From positions 171,430,001 through 171,494,000 of the forward strand of contig NC_042997.1 in NCBI RefSeq assembly GCF_006345805.1: a stretch of 64,000 bases of DNA, given 5' to 3'. Shown piece after piece: positions 53,139-63,169 of the stretch. How positions within the stretch are numbered: the stretch's first letter is position 1; the number at the start of each line of letters is the position of its first letter. This DNA is from Octopus sinensis. Taxonomy: Eukaryota. The position numbers and the translations under genes were made by a program. The notes below the pieces were generated by a model. That model had not been told where the DNA came from. It did not search any database and saw only the letters and a program-made list of their open reading frames with translations.

Positions 53139-54403
53139 TGTTACGGAATCACCCGTCGTCGCCCGTCCCGAACGGCTCACACAAGTTCCGCCACGGAACC
53201 CAAAGAGGCGGAGAGAGGAGATACAGATAGATACTGCCACAACCTCAACAGCACAGAGATACAGAGGCACAACCCGAGATACAACCCAAAGAGGCAAGGC
53301 AACAACTGGCAACACTGGCTTATATTCAAACAACAGTTTATACGACAATTACAATGGTTACAACATCAAAGCATTTAAGGCAAACAACAAATCAATACAT
53401 CATACGGTATACCACAGATCAAAGCATTTAACAACATGCATATAACAATATAACAGTGTTCAGTAACGACACAACAAGTCCAGATCAAATAATGTTCACG
53501 ATACGTCACAGTCCAATCAGAACACTTCGATACATTATACAATGTTCGTATCACAACAATTCACGTTACAATTCAACAAGTCCTTTACTCAATTCACAAT
53601 GTTCTTTATCGACTACATCGACAGAGTCCTTCTTTTTCTCTCTTCTTTCTCTTCTTTTCTTTTACATCGTGACACGTATCAATACACAATCACATACCTT
53701 AATTCCTAACTGAATCGCCAGTGTCCCATTCTGCACTCATCCCTCAATGCTGCCAAATCCAGCCTGCCAAACTCCTGCATCCCAACTTGCTTGCTCCTAA
53801 GTTTCCACCTACTCGCTCTGATTTCCAGAATCCGACTGTCCTTCTTCGACGACCGACTCCAACTCCAAGATCCGTCTGTGTTCCTCGACGACCGCTCAAC
53901 GACTGCCCTTCTTGACGACCAGCTACCAATTACACAGATCCGTCCTTCCTGACGACCAACTGCGAACTACCAGACCTCACTTCGTCTCTGTCCTTCTTCC
54001 ACTCCCCTCATCTCCCTCTGTCTATATCGCTCTTACCCTTTCTAACTGCCCTGGTCCTTATACCCTATCTATATCGCCTGCTGTCTCTTAGCCTTTCTAT
54101 TTGCTATCTGATTCCTTACTCTATCTATATCACCTGCTGTCTCTTAGCCTCTCCATCCGTCCCCTACTGCTTATACTCTATCTCTATCTGCTCTCAGATT
54201 CCCTTAATCTGTCTTCCTCTTCACTTCTTCACTGACCCTTTCTCGACCGGCACAAGGGCAAAGGTCCTTCCAAAACCCATTAGTCCTCCATTAGACAAAA
54301 GACTGTCACATTTTCACCAGACATGATGGTGCCATTATTCCTATGTGGGTCAACAGAAACACTACACTAATTAAACCCGAAATGCACTTAGCCAACCGTA
54401 ACA
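53139..54403 (-). repeat. LTR copy 1 (3' LTR of the element), 1265 bp
   Basis: TGTTACGG...CCGTAACA; adjacent to the PPT on its internal side; near-identical to LTR2 and LTR3. Confidence 0.93.
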
Positions 54404-54416
54404 CTACCCCCTACCT
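54404..54416 (-). promoter_or_regulatory. Polypurine tract (AGGTAGGGGGTAG) abutting LTR1
   Basis: Purine-rich tract immediately 5' (minus strand) of the TG of the LTR. Confidence 0.8.
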
Positions 54417-54518
54417 AAGCTTTTGTCGACCCGACAAAGCATAACAAAACTCGCACCTCCGAGCAGCAGACTCTCCAGGGGCTGGGGGTTCCCTTGGGTG
54501 GTTTCTCCTCCGGGGGTC

Positions 54519-56339
54519 TCACCTCCCACGGCACCACTTCAGCACCAGCCACAGGTTGGCACCTTCCCTCTGCGGCTTGGGTAACACCTCCGCCAACGCC
54601 ACCAGGCTTCCTACTAGCCGCCCACAATAGGCGCACTGTCCAAGGAAGTTCCTCAAATCCCTCACACAAGAAGGGTCCGGCCAATCCTTCACAGTGGCCA
54701 TCTTCCTCAGGGCTCTATAGCCCACGTAGCATCTTGCTGTACCATCTCCATTCCGCGCAATTATCGCCGACGACCAGGGACCATTCCGCTTTTCCACTGT
54801 TCCCCGTCGCCGATATCTCCTCTTGCGCTGCTGTACGGAGACCTTCCTCCGGCCTCGCTGCTTCCTCAAGCGACAACCGCCCTGGTCGACGAAACATTCT
54901 GCCAGGTCCGTGCGACCAGCATCCAACAACCCTCGCGACCAACGTCCTGCGCTCTTCACCAATGGTTGCTTCTTCCGCAACTGCATCAGCGGACCACGAT
55001 CTCCCTTAACTTCATCACTGCACCGGCAGAACTGACCCCGCCGCTGGTTTACCGTCTGGCGCAGTACCACGATTTGCCCTCTGCAAATCGCCTGCGCAGC
55101 CTTCAATAAATCGGCCGACCCACCCAGCGCTCTGTCAGCCTCTGCCTCCACCAGGGTCCAGCCGACCCTCAATTGAGTTCCTATTCCGCACTGCATGTCG
55201 GGCTCCACCGGCCCCACGCAACCATCGAGCACAGCGCTCCCCCAAGTGCCAACAAAGCACCAGCAACTCCTTGCGGACCGCTTCCTCAACTGCATCCGTG
55301 GGCCACCACCTCCTTCAACTGCGTTGCCGTATCGGCAGAGCTGGCCCCACCACTGGTTCGCCATCTGGCACGATTCCTCGATTTGCCTTCTGCAAATCGC
55401 CTGTGCCACTTCCAAAAGATCGGCCGACCCAGCCAGCGCTCCACCAGCTTCTGCTTCCACTAGGGTCCACCCGACCCTCAATCGAGCTTTCACTAGGCAC
55501 TGCCTGTCGGGCTCCACCGGCCCCAAGCAACCATCAACCACAAAGCTCACCCAACGCTGAAGCAGTCTTCCTGGACTCGGTGGACCCACCACCGTTCGCA
55601 GCCGTCTCGCCTCGTCAACGGGCCTGGTCCTTTTCCTCACCAGCTTCCGTACCGCAGGCCTCACAACACGCACGCTCGGCCGCCAGTCCATCCACGCCTG
55701 TGGCCTCTCCACAGTGGGAACCATACAGTCCCTCTGGGCCCCAAGAGACAGGGGTCCAGACACCAAAGGACCCGCACACGGCATAGCACCTGCCGCGACC
55801 ATCACACACAGAGCCGGAACCTCGGACTCAGCGACATTCGCCCCAGACCTTGCCAGCTCTTCGTCCTGAGCTCCGAGAGACAGGGGTCGAGATGCCAAGG
55901 GCTCCAGACACGGAACAACAGCATCAGCTATAACACCTTCCACAGGCCTTTTGGTTACTTCAACCTCTACGGGTTCCAAATCACAAGATTTCTTGGGTAC
56001 AGCGTCACAAATTTCGGCAACCAGCCCAGGTTCCGCAAACACAGCCGGTCCAGCATCACAGATTTCGGCAACACTTCCTTCACTATCTGTTTCCCTCGAT
56101 GCTTCGTTCGACGGGCAGTTTCTGCCCACAGGACCGTCGCTATCCCTGGTCCAACACCGATCCTCCAAAGCTGACCCATCCGCAACCTCAAGCTCCCGCT
56201 GATCTGCCCACAGGCCCTGTCGCCTCTCGTCCATCCTTTCCATGAACGCATCCGTCTGCGCCATCTGGCCCCTTAACATCTCCACAATCAGGGCAAGCGA
56301 AATCCCCTCGTCTCTGGTCTGACAGCCAGACAAATCCAT
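54519..56339 (-). CDS. Second copy of the ORF (606 aa from ATG), C-terminus altered by a 1-nt deletion
   Basis: Translation is identical to the other copy until LVLKW. The sequence is CACGGCACC at ~54527-54535 versus CACGGCCACC at ~57787-57796. Confidence 0.6.
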   Translation of the reverse strand: MDLSGCQTRDEGISLALIVEMLRGQMAQTDAFMERMDERRQGLWADQRELEVADGSALEDRCWTRDSDGPVGRNCPSNEASRETDSEGSVAEICDAGPAVFAEPGLVAEICDAVPKKSCDLEPVEVEVTKRPVEGVIADAVVPCLEPLASRPLSLGAQDEELARSGANVAESEVPALCVMVAAGAMPCAGPLVSGPLSLGAQRDCMVPTVERPQAWMDWRPSVRVVRPAVRKLVRKRTRPVDEARRLRTVVGPPSPGRLLQRWVSFVVDGCLGPVEPDRQCLVKARLRVGWTLVEAEAGGALAGSADLLEVAQAICRRQIEESCQMANQWWGQLCRYGNAVEGGGGPRMQLRKRSARSCWCFVGTWGSAVLDGCVGPVEPDMQCGIGTQLRVGWTLVEAEADRALGGSADLLKAAQAICRGQIVVLRQTVNQRRGQFCRCSDEVKGDRGPLMQLRKKQPLVKSAGRWSRGLLDAGRTDLAECFVDQGGCRLRKQRGRRKVSVQQRKRRYRRRGTVEKRNGPWSSAIIARNGDGTARCYVGYRALRKMATVKDWPDPSCVRDLRNFLGQCAYCGRLVGSLVALAEVLPKPQREGANLWLVLKWCRGR

Positions 56340-56376
56340 AGCGAAAAAGAACCGATCGAAACGCAGCAATCAGGAC

Positions 56377-56395
56377 AATCCCACTTCTGACACCA
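56377..56395 (-). promoter_or_regulatory. Second copy of the tRNA-Leu PBS
   Basis: Identical 19-mer, 2 nt from the LTR2 end. Confidence 0.9.
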
Positions 56396-56397
56396 GT

Positions 56398-57663
56398 TGT
56401 TATGGCGGAATCACCCGTCGTCGCTCGTCCCGAACGGCTCACACAAGTTCCGCCACGGAACCCAAAGAGGCGGAGAGAGGAGATACAGATAGATAATGCC
56501 ACAACCTCAACAGCACAGAGATACAGAGGCACAACCCGAGATACAACCCAAAGAGGCAAGGCAACAACTGGCAACACTGGCTTATATTCAAACAACAGTT
56601 TATACGACAATCAATTGCTACACATCAAATACATTTAAGGCAAACAACAAATCAATACATCATATGGTATACCACAGATCAAAGCATTTAACAACATGCA
56701 TGTAACAATATAACAGTGTTCAGTAACGACACAACAAGTCCAGATCAAATAATGTTCACGATACGTCACAGTCCAATCAGAACACTTCGATACATTATAC
56801 AATGTTCGTATCACAACAATTCATGTTACAATTCAACAAGTCCTTTACTCAATTCACAATGTTCTTTATCGACTACATCGACAGAGTCCTTCTTTTTCTC
56901 TCTTCTTTCTCTTCTTTTCTTTTACATCGTGACACGTATCAATACACAATCACATACCTTAATTCCTAACTGAATCGCCAGTGTCCCATTCTGCACTCAT
57001 CCCTCAATGCTGCCAAATCCAGCCTGCCAAACTCCTGCATCCCAACTTGCTTGCTCCTAAGTTTCCACCTACTCGCTCTGATTTCCAGAATCCGACTGTC
57101 CTTCTTCGACGACCGACTCCAACTCCAAGATCCGTCTGTGTTCCTCGACGACCGCTCAACGACTGCCCTTCTTGACGACCAGCTACCAATTACACAGATC
57201 CGTCCTTCCTGACGACCAACTGCGAACTACCAGACCTCACTTCGTCTCTGTCCTTCTTCCACTCCCCTCATCTCCCTCTGTCTATATCGCTCTTACCCTT
57301 TCTAACTGCCCTGGTCCTTATACCCTATCTATATCGCCTGCTGTCTCTTAGCCTTTCTATTTGCTATCTGATTCCTTACTCTATCTATATCACCTGCTGT
57401 CTCTTAGCCTCTCCATCCGTCCCCTACTGCTTATACTCTATCTCTATCTGCTCTCAGATTCCCTTAATCTGTCTTCCTCTTCACTTCTTCACTGACCCTT
57501 TCTCGACCGGCACAAGGGCAAAGGTCCTTCCAAAACCCATTAGTCCTCCATTAGACAAAAGACTGTCACATTTTCACCAGACATGATGGTGCCATTATTC
57601 CTATGTGGGTCAACAGAAACACTACACTAATTAAACCCGAAATGCACTTAGCCAACCGTAACA
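56398..57663 (-). repeat. LTR copy 2 (shared middle LTR), 1266 bp
   Basis: TGTTATGG...CCGTAACA; flanked by a PBS on one side and a PPT on the other. Confidence 0.93.
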
Positions 57664-57676
57664 CTACCCCCTACCT
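57664..57676 (-). promoter_or_regulatory. Polypurine tract abutting LTR2
   Basis: Identical tract; the ORF stop codon (TAG, 57675-57677) overlaps its start. Confidence 0.8.
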
Positions 57677-59600
57677 AAGCTTTTGTCGACCCGACAAAGC
57701 ATAACAAAACTCGCACCTCCGAGCAGCAGACTCTCCAGGGGCTGGGGGTTCCCTTGGGTGGTTTCTCCTCCGGGGGTCTCACCTCCCACGGCCACCACTT
57801 CAGCACCAGCCACAGGTTGGCACCTTCCCTCTGCGGCTTGGGTAACACCTCCGCCAACGCCACCAGGCTTCCTACTAGCCGCCCACAATAGGCGCACTGT
57901 CCAAGGAAGTTCCTCAAATCCCTCACACAAGAAGGGTCCGGCCAATCCTTCACAGTGGCCATCTTCCTCAGGGCTCTATAGCCCACGTAGCATCTTGCTG
58001 TACCATCTCCATTCCGCGCAATTATCGCCGACGACCAGGGACCATTCCGCTTTTCCACTGTTCCCCGTCGCCGATATCTCCTCTTGCGCTGCTGTACGGA
58101 GACCTTCCTCCGGCCTCGCTGCTTCCTCAAGCGACAACCGCCCTGGTCGACGAAACATTCTGCCAGGTCCGTGCGACCAGCATCCAACAACCCTCGCGAC
58201 CAACGTCCTGCGCTCTTCACCAATGGTTGCTTCTTCCGCAACTGCATCAGCGGACCACGATCTCCCTTAACTTCATCACTGCACCGGCAGAACTGACCCC
58301 GCCGCTGGTTTACCGTCTGGCGCAGTACCACGATTTGCCCTCTGCAAATCGCCTGCGCAGCCTTCAATAAATCGGCCGACCCACCCAGCGCTCTGTCAGC
58401 CTCTGCCTCCACCAGGGTCCAGCCGACCCTCAATTGAGTTCCTATTCCGCACTGCATGTCGGGCTCCACCGGCCCCACGCAACCATCGAGCACAGCGCTC
58501 CCCCAAGTGCCAACAAAGCACCAGCAACTCCTTGCGGACCGCTTCCTCAACTGCATCCGTGGGCCACCACCTCCTTCAACTGCGTTGCCGTATCGGCAGA
58601 GCTGGCCCCACCACTGGTTCGCCATCTGGCACGATTCCTCGATTTGCCTTCTGCAAATCGCCTGTGCCACTTCCAAAAGATCGGCCGACCCAGCCAGCGC
58701 TCCACCAGCTTCTGCTTCCACTAGGGTCCACCCGACCCTCAATCGAGCTTTCACTAGGCACTGCCTGTCGGGCTCCACCGGCCCCAAGCAACCATCAACC
58801 ACAAAGCTCACCCAACGCTGAAGCAGTCTTCCTGGACTCGGTGGACCCACCACCGTTCGCAGCCGTCTCGCCTCGTCAACGGGCCTGGTCCTTTTCCTCA
58901 CCAGCTTCCGTACCGCAGGCCTCACAACACGCACGCTCGGCCGCCAGTCCATCCACGCCTGTGGCCTCTCCACAGTGGGAACCATACAGTCCCTCTGGGC
59001 CCCAAGAGACAGGGGTCCAGACACCAAAGGACCCGCACACGGCATAGCACCTGCCGCGACCATCACACACAGAGCCGGAACCTCGGACTCAGCGACATTC
59101 GCCCCAGACCTTGCCAGCTCTTCGTCCTGAGCTCCGAGAGACAGGGGTCGAGATGCCAAGGGCTCCAGACACGGAACAACAGCATCAGCTATAACACCTT
59201 CCACAGGCCTTTTGGTTACTTCAACCTCTACGGGTTCCAAATCACAAGATTTCTTGGGTACAGCGTCACAAATTTCGGCAACCAGCCCAGGTTCCGCAAA
59301 CACAGCCGGTCCAGCATCACAGATTTCGGCAACACTTCCTTCACTATCTGTTTCCCTCGATGCTTCGTTCGACGGGCAGTTTCTGCCCACAGGACCGTCG
59401 CTATCCCTGGTCCAACACCGATCCTCCAAAGCTGACCCATCCGCAACCTCAAGCTCCCGCTGATCTGCCCACAGGCCCTGTCGCCTCTCGTCCATCCTTT
59501 CCATGAACGCATCCGTCTGCGCCATCTGGCCCCTTAACATCTCCACAATCAGGGCAAGCGAAATCCCCTCGTCTCTGGTCTGACAGCCAGACAAATCCAT
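57675..59600 (-). CDS. 641-aa (from first ATG) gag-pol-derived ORF lacking catalytic cores
   Basis: Open from just after the PBS to the PPT. It carries a degenerate zinc knuckle (CWTRDSDGPVGRNC, CX2[R]X4[P]X4C) and an RT N-terminal remnant (GPWSSAIIARNGDGTARCYVGYRAL, cf. SPWSSPxVLVxKKDGxxRFCVDYRxLN). This is fused directly to an RT thumb/connection remnant (WPDPSCVRDLRNFLGQCAY, cf. WPxPxxxxxLRxFLGLxxYY). No YxDD, DSG/DTG, RNase H or DDE motif was seen. Confidence 0.7.
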   Translation of the reverse strand: MDLSGCQTRDEGISLALIVEMLRGQMAQTDAFMERMDERRQGLWADQRELEVADGSALEDRCWTRDSDGPVGRNCPSNEASRETDSEGSVAEICDAGPAVFAEPGLVAEICDAVPKKSCDLEPVEVEVTKRPVEGVIADAVVPCLEPLASRPLSLGAQDEELARSGANVAESEVPALCVMVAAGAMPCAGPLVSGPLSLGAQRDCMVPTVERPQAWMDWRPSVRVVRPAVRKLVRKRTRPVDEARRLRTVVGPPSPGRLLQRWVSFVVDGCLGPVEPDRQCLVKARLRVGWTLVEAEAGGALAGSADLLEVAQAICRRQIEESCQMANQWWGQLCRYGNAVEGGGGPRMQLRKRSARSCWCFVGTWGSAVLDGCVGPVEPDMQCGIGTQLRVGWTLVEAEADRALGGSADLLKAAQAICRGQIVVLRQTVNQRRGQFCRCSDEVKGDRGPLMQLRKKQPLVKSAGRWSRGLLDAGRTDLAECFVDQGGCRLRKQRGRRKVSVQQRKRRYRRRGTVEKRNGPWSSAIIARNGDGTARCYVGYRALRKMATVKDWPDPSCVRDLRNFLGQCAYCGRLVGSLVALAEVLPKPQREGANLWLVLKWWPWEVRPPEEKPPKGTPSPWRVCCSEVRVLLCFVGSTKA

Positions 59601-59637
59601 AGCGAAAAAGAACCGATCGAAACGCAGCAATCAGGAC

Positions 59638-59656
59638 AATCCCACTTCTGACACCA
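59638..59656 (-). promoter_or_regulatory. Primer-binding site complementary to the tRNA-Leu(CAA) 3' end
   Basis: Minus strand reads LTR-AC-TGGTGTCAGAAGTGGGATT. The plus strand AATCCCACTTCTGACACCA matches the 3' end of metazoan tRNA-Leu(CAA) including CCA. Confidence 0.9.
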
Positions 59657-59658
59657 GT

Positions 59659-60924
59659 TGTTATGGCGGAATCACCCGTCGTCGCTCGTCCCGAACGGCT
59701 CACACAAGTTCCGCCACGGAACCCAAAGAGGCGGAGAGAGGAGATACAGATAGATAATGCCACAACCTCAACAGCACAGAGATACAGAGGCACAACCCGA
59801 GATACAACCCAAAGAGGCAAGGCAACAACTGGCAACACTGGCTTATATTCAAACAACAGTTTATACGACAATCAATTGCTACACATCAAATACATTTAAG
59901 GCAAACAACAAATCAATACATCATATGGTATACCACAGATCAAAGCATTTAACAACATGCATGTAACAATATAACAGTGTTCAGTAACGACACAACAAGT
60001 CCAGATCAAATAATGTTCACGATACGTCACAGTCCAATCAGAACACTTCGATACATTATACAATGTTCGTATCACAACAATTCATGTTACAATTCAACAA
60101 GTCCTTTACTCAATTCACAATGTTCTTTATCGACTACATCGACAGAGTCCTTCTTTTTCTCTCTTCTTTCTCTTCTTTTCTTTTACATCGTGACACGTAT
60201 CAATACACAATCACATACCTTAATTCCTAACTGAATCGCCAGTGTCCCATTCTGCACTCATCCCTCAATGCTGCCAAATCCAGCCTGCCAAACTCCTGCA
60301 TCCCAACTTGCTTGCTCCTAAGTTTCCACCTACTCGCTCTGATTTCCAGAATCCGACTGTCCTTCTTCGACGACCGACTCCAACTCCAAGATCCGTCTGT
60401 GTTCCTCGACGACCGCTCAACGACTGCCCTTCTTGACGACCAGCTACCAATTACACAGATCCGTCCTTCCTGACGACCAACTGCGAACTACCAGACCTCA
60501 CTTCGTCTCTGTCCTTCTTCCACTCCCCTCATCTCCCTCTGTCTATATCGCTCTTACCCTTTCTAACTGCCCTGGTCCTTATACCCTATCTATATCGCCT
60601 GCTGTCTCTTAGCCTTTCTATTTGCTATCTGATTCCTTACTCTATCTATATCACCTGCTGTCTCTTAGCCTCTCCATCCGTCCCCTACTGCTTATACTCT
60701 ATCTCTATCTGCTCTCAGATTCCCTTAATCTGTCTTCCTCTTCACTTCTTCACTGACCCTTTCTCGACCGGCACAAGGGCAAAGGTCCTTCCAAAACCCA
60801 TTAGTCCTCCATTAGACAAAAGACTGTCACATTTTCACCAGACATGATGGTGCCATTATTCCTATGTGGGTCAACAGAAACACTACACTAATTAAACCCG
60901 AAATGCACTTAGCCAACCGTAACA
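59659..60924 (-). repeat. LTR copy 3 (5' LTR of the element), 1266 bp
   Basis: Appears identical to LTR2 by eye; outer end followed by the ATAT TSD. Confidence 0.93.
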
Positions 60925-61059
60925 ATATGTATAGGATATTTATTTTGTTTATGGGAAAAATGGAAAAATAAGAGTGAATATATATTTTACGAGCACTGTG
61001 TTTTAAGTCTATAAAATTGTATATAAGTATATAAAATGTATAAATAAAATGCATAAAGT

Positions 61060-62130
61060 AATCATCATGAGTAGCAGATGAGTGACTATCTTCCCATACA
61101 GACACATAACAGGCTACGCTTTCAGGTTGTTTGGATAAAGTTCTCAGAAATAACCCAATAGGTTTACCTTTAATTCTGTGAAATATCCATGGGTCCCGCT
61201 AGTTATTACTATTATGCTGGTGCATGCTAATTTAGTTAGCAAGTATTTTGTCTTGCAGTCTGGTAACAACAAGTCTCCTCAAATCTCAGGAATTTTCTAA
61301 GGATCCTTGTAGAATATAGTATGGTAATTTTCAGCAGGTCAACCTTGAGAGTTTCAATTCCAATTTCTATCAGTCTTTTTGGTAGCATTTTGGGTGTTGT
61401 GCCAAATGCACCTATTATTACAGGAATAATTGTAATCTTGGTCTTCTACAATCTCCTTAGTTCTCTAGCTAGATCCTGTTATTTCTTATTTTTTTCCATT
61501 TCTCTGGAATCAATTCTGTTATCATAGGGAATTGCAAAATATGTAATCTTGTATTGTTTGTTTATTTTGTCCTTTATAATTCTGTCTGGCCTTCTTGCTT
61601 CAATAGTATGGCCAGCCGTTATGGCAAAATCCCACCAGATCTTGTAACTCTCATTGGTTCGTGCTCATACCTCTTTCCTGTTGTTTTGAAGCCACATACT
61701 CAACTAAGAATCCAATGCACTCTTTTGCCTACAAACTCATGCCTGTGCTTGTATTCTTTTTGTGCTACTACACTGCACTCACTCAAAAGATGAATGATAC
61801 TTTCATCACCTTTTCTACAGATTCTACATTTGCTGTCTGACTGAGTTTTGTTGATCTTTGCTTTATCAGGTTTATTCTAAGGGCTTGTTCCTGAGCAGCT
61901 GTAATTAGTCTTTCTGTTTCTCATTTCAAATTCCTGTTGGTCAACCAAAGCGGGCTTTACTTTACTGGCAATTGCACCTTTGTATGTCCATAGCTTGCTC
62001 TAGGTACACAAGTATGGAATTTCTACCTCTACCTTTTCTATACATCAAGCAGGATCATTTTCTTGAAGGAAGCAGAATCCCATGTTTTCCTACATATTAG
62101 GCCTTTGGTCTTTGCTAGGTTAACTTTAAG
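61060..62130 (-). mobile_element. Dong/R4 LINE 3' fragment
   Basis: Reverse strand reads CRICRKGDESIIHLLSECSVVAQKEYKHRH (CCHC) and IPVIIGAFGTTPK...STRILRKFL. Confidence 0.8.
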
Positions 62131-62311
62131 GCTTTTTGGTCCCAGGTTTCCTTTTACAACTGAAATTTTTTCCTAATTCTATAACAGGAAGCGGGGCATT
62201 AGCCCATAGCTGTTTCCTAGGATAACCAGACTTAAATTCCTGTGTTATGTTCTGCAGACCTATAATAAATAAACAGGGTCTGAGAACTAAATGTTGGCAA
62301 ACTAATTCACA

Positions 62312-62590
62312 CTGTTGTGTCTGGGGAGAGTCATTTTCTTTTTGTGTCTTATAATGTAACACACTCACTGGTAAAATTTCCACTTATTTCTTATTTTTAT
62401 TTTCCTAAAATTTTCGTTGCATCTTGCCACCTTTTCAATAGTCAAGACAATAGTCAAGACTATTGAAAAGATTGCAAGACGCAACGAAAATTTTAGGAAA
62501 ATAAAAATAAGAAATAAGTGGAAATTTTACCAGTGAGTGTGTTAAATTATAAAAGCACAAAAAGAAAATGACTCCCCCCAGACACAACAG
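62312..62590. repeat. Foldback/palindromic element (~132-bp arms, 14-nt spacer)
   Basis: Arm 62312-62443 is the near-perfect reverse complement of 62458-62590. Confidence 0.9.
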
Positions 62591-62987
62591 AATATGCTTC
62601 AACACACAAACTCATATGAAGAATCTTGCAAACCAAATCCAAAAACGAAATAATTCACACTAATTTACTGCTATATTCATTACAAATTCTCACCTTACTG
62701 ATGACACCCCTGTACATGGTTTGCATGGCTCTCACAAGTCATTGATCTACTCTCTTGGTTTTTCAGTGACCACCAGATCACAGAGCGAGGAAGATTTGTT
62801 GATTTTGTTTTGTAGATTAACATTTTCTAGAACTACAGTTATGGAAATTTAAAATAAAAAAATTTAAATTGAACTTCATAACTCCCCTGCCCCACTCTCC
62901 TTCTCTCACTACACACACACTTCAGCAATGTAGCTATACACATGCTGTGGGCGACTCCTTTCCCTTCTTTGAACTTTTCCCTTCCTC

Positions 62988-63022
62988 CTTCCTGATGAAG
63001 TGCAATGCTCGAAACATCAAAA
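62988..63022 (+). ncRNA. Degenerate hammerhead-like motif
   Basis: CTGATGA-A-GTGC-AAT-GCTC-GAAAC-ATC-AAAA; canonical core with one stem II mismatch and a G>A change in stem III. Confidence 0.45.
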
Positions 63023-63132
63023 ACACTCTCTTTCTATCAAACGCCAAACTAATATATTCCTTGCGCATGTCCTCTTGTTGTCTGTCAATTTTATTATTCA
63101 TTTATATTGAAATGATTATTTATATGAATTGA

Positions 63133-63169
<37 letters not shown>

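Larger units (their letters stand above)
53139..60924 (-). mobile_element. Tandem (3-LTR) non-autonomous Ty3/Gypsy-derived LTR retrotransposon: LTR-int-LTR-int-LTR
   Basis: Outer termini TGTTACGG (53139) and CCGTAACA (60924) are perfect 8-bp inverted repeats flanked by a 4-bp TSD ATAT (53135-53138, 60925-60928). There are three ~1265-bp direct repeats at a ~3260-bp period, a PBS and PPT at the expected positions for minus-strand orientation, and Gypsy-like RT remnants in the internal ORF. Confidence 0.95.

Noticed and set aside
54494-58270. Plus-strand ORFs (171-195 aa) overlapping the LTR element interior
   Set aside because: Antisense shadows of a GC-rich ORF; no recognisable motifs.
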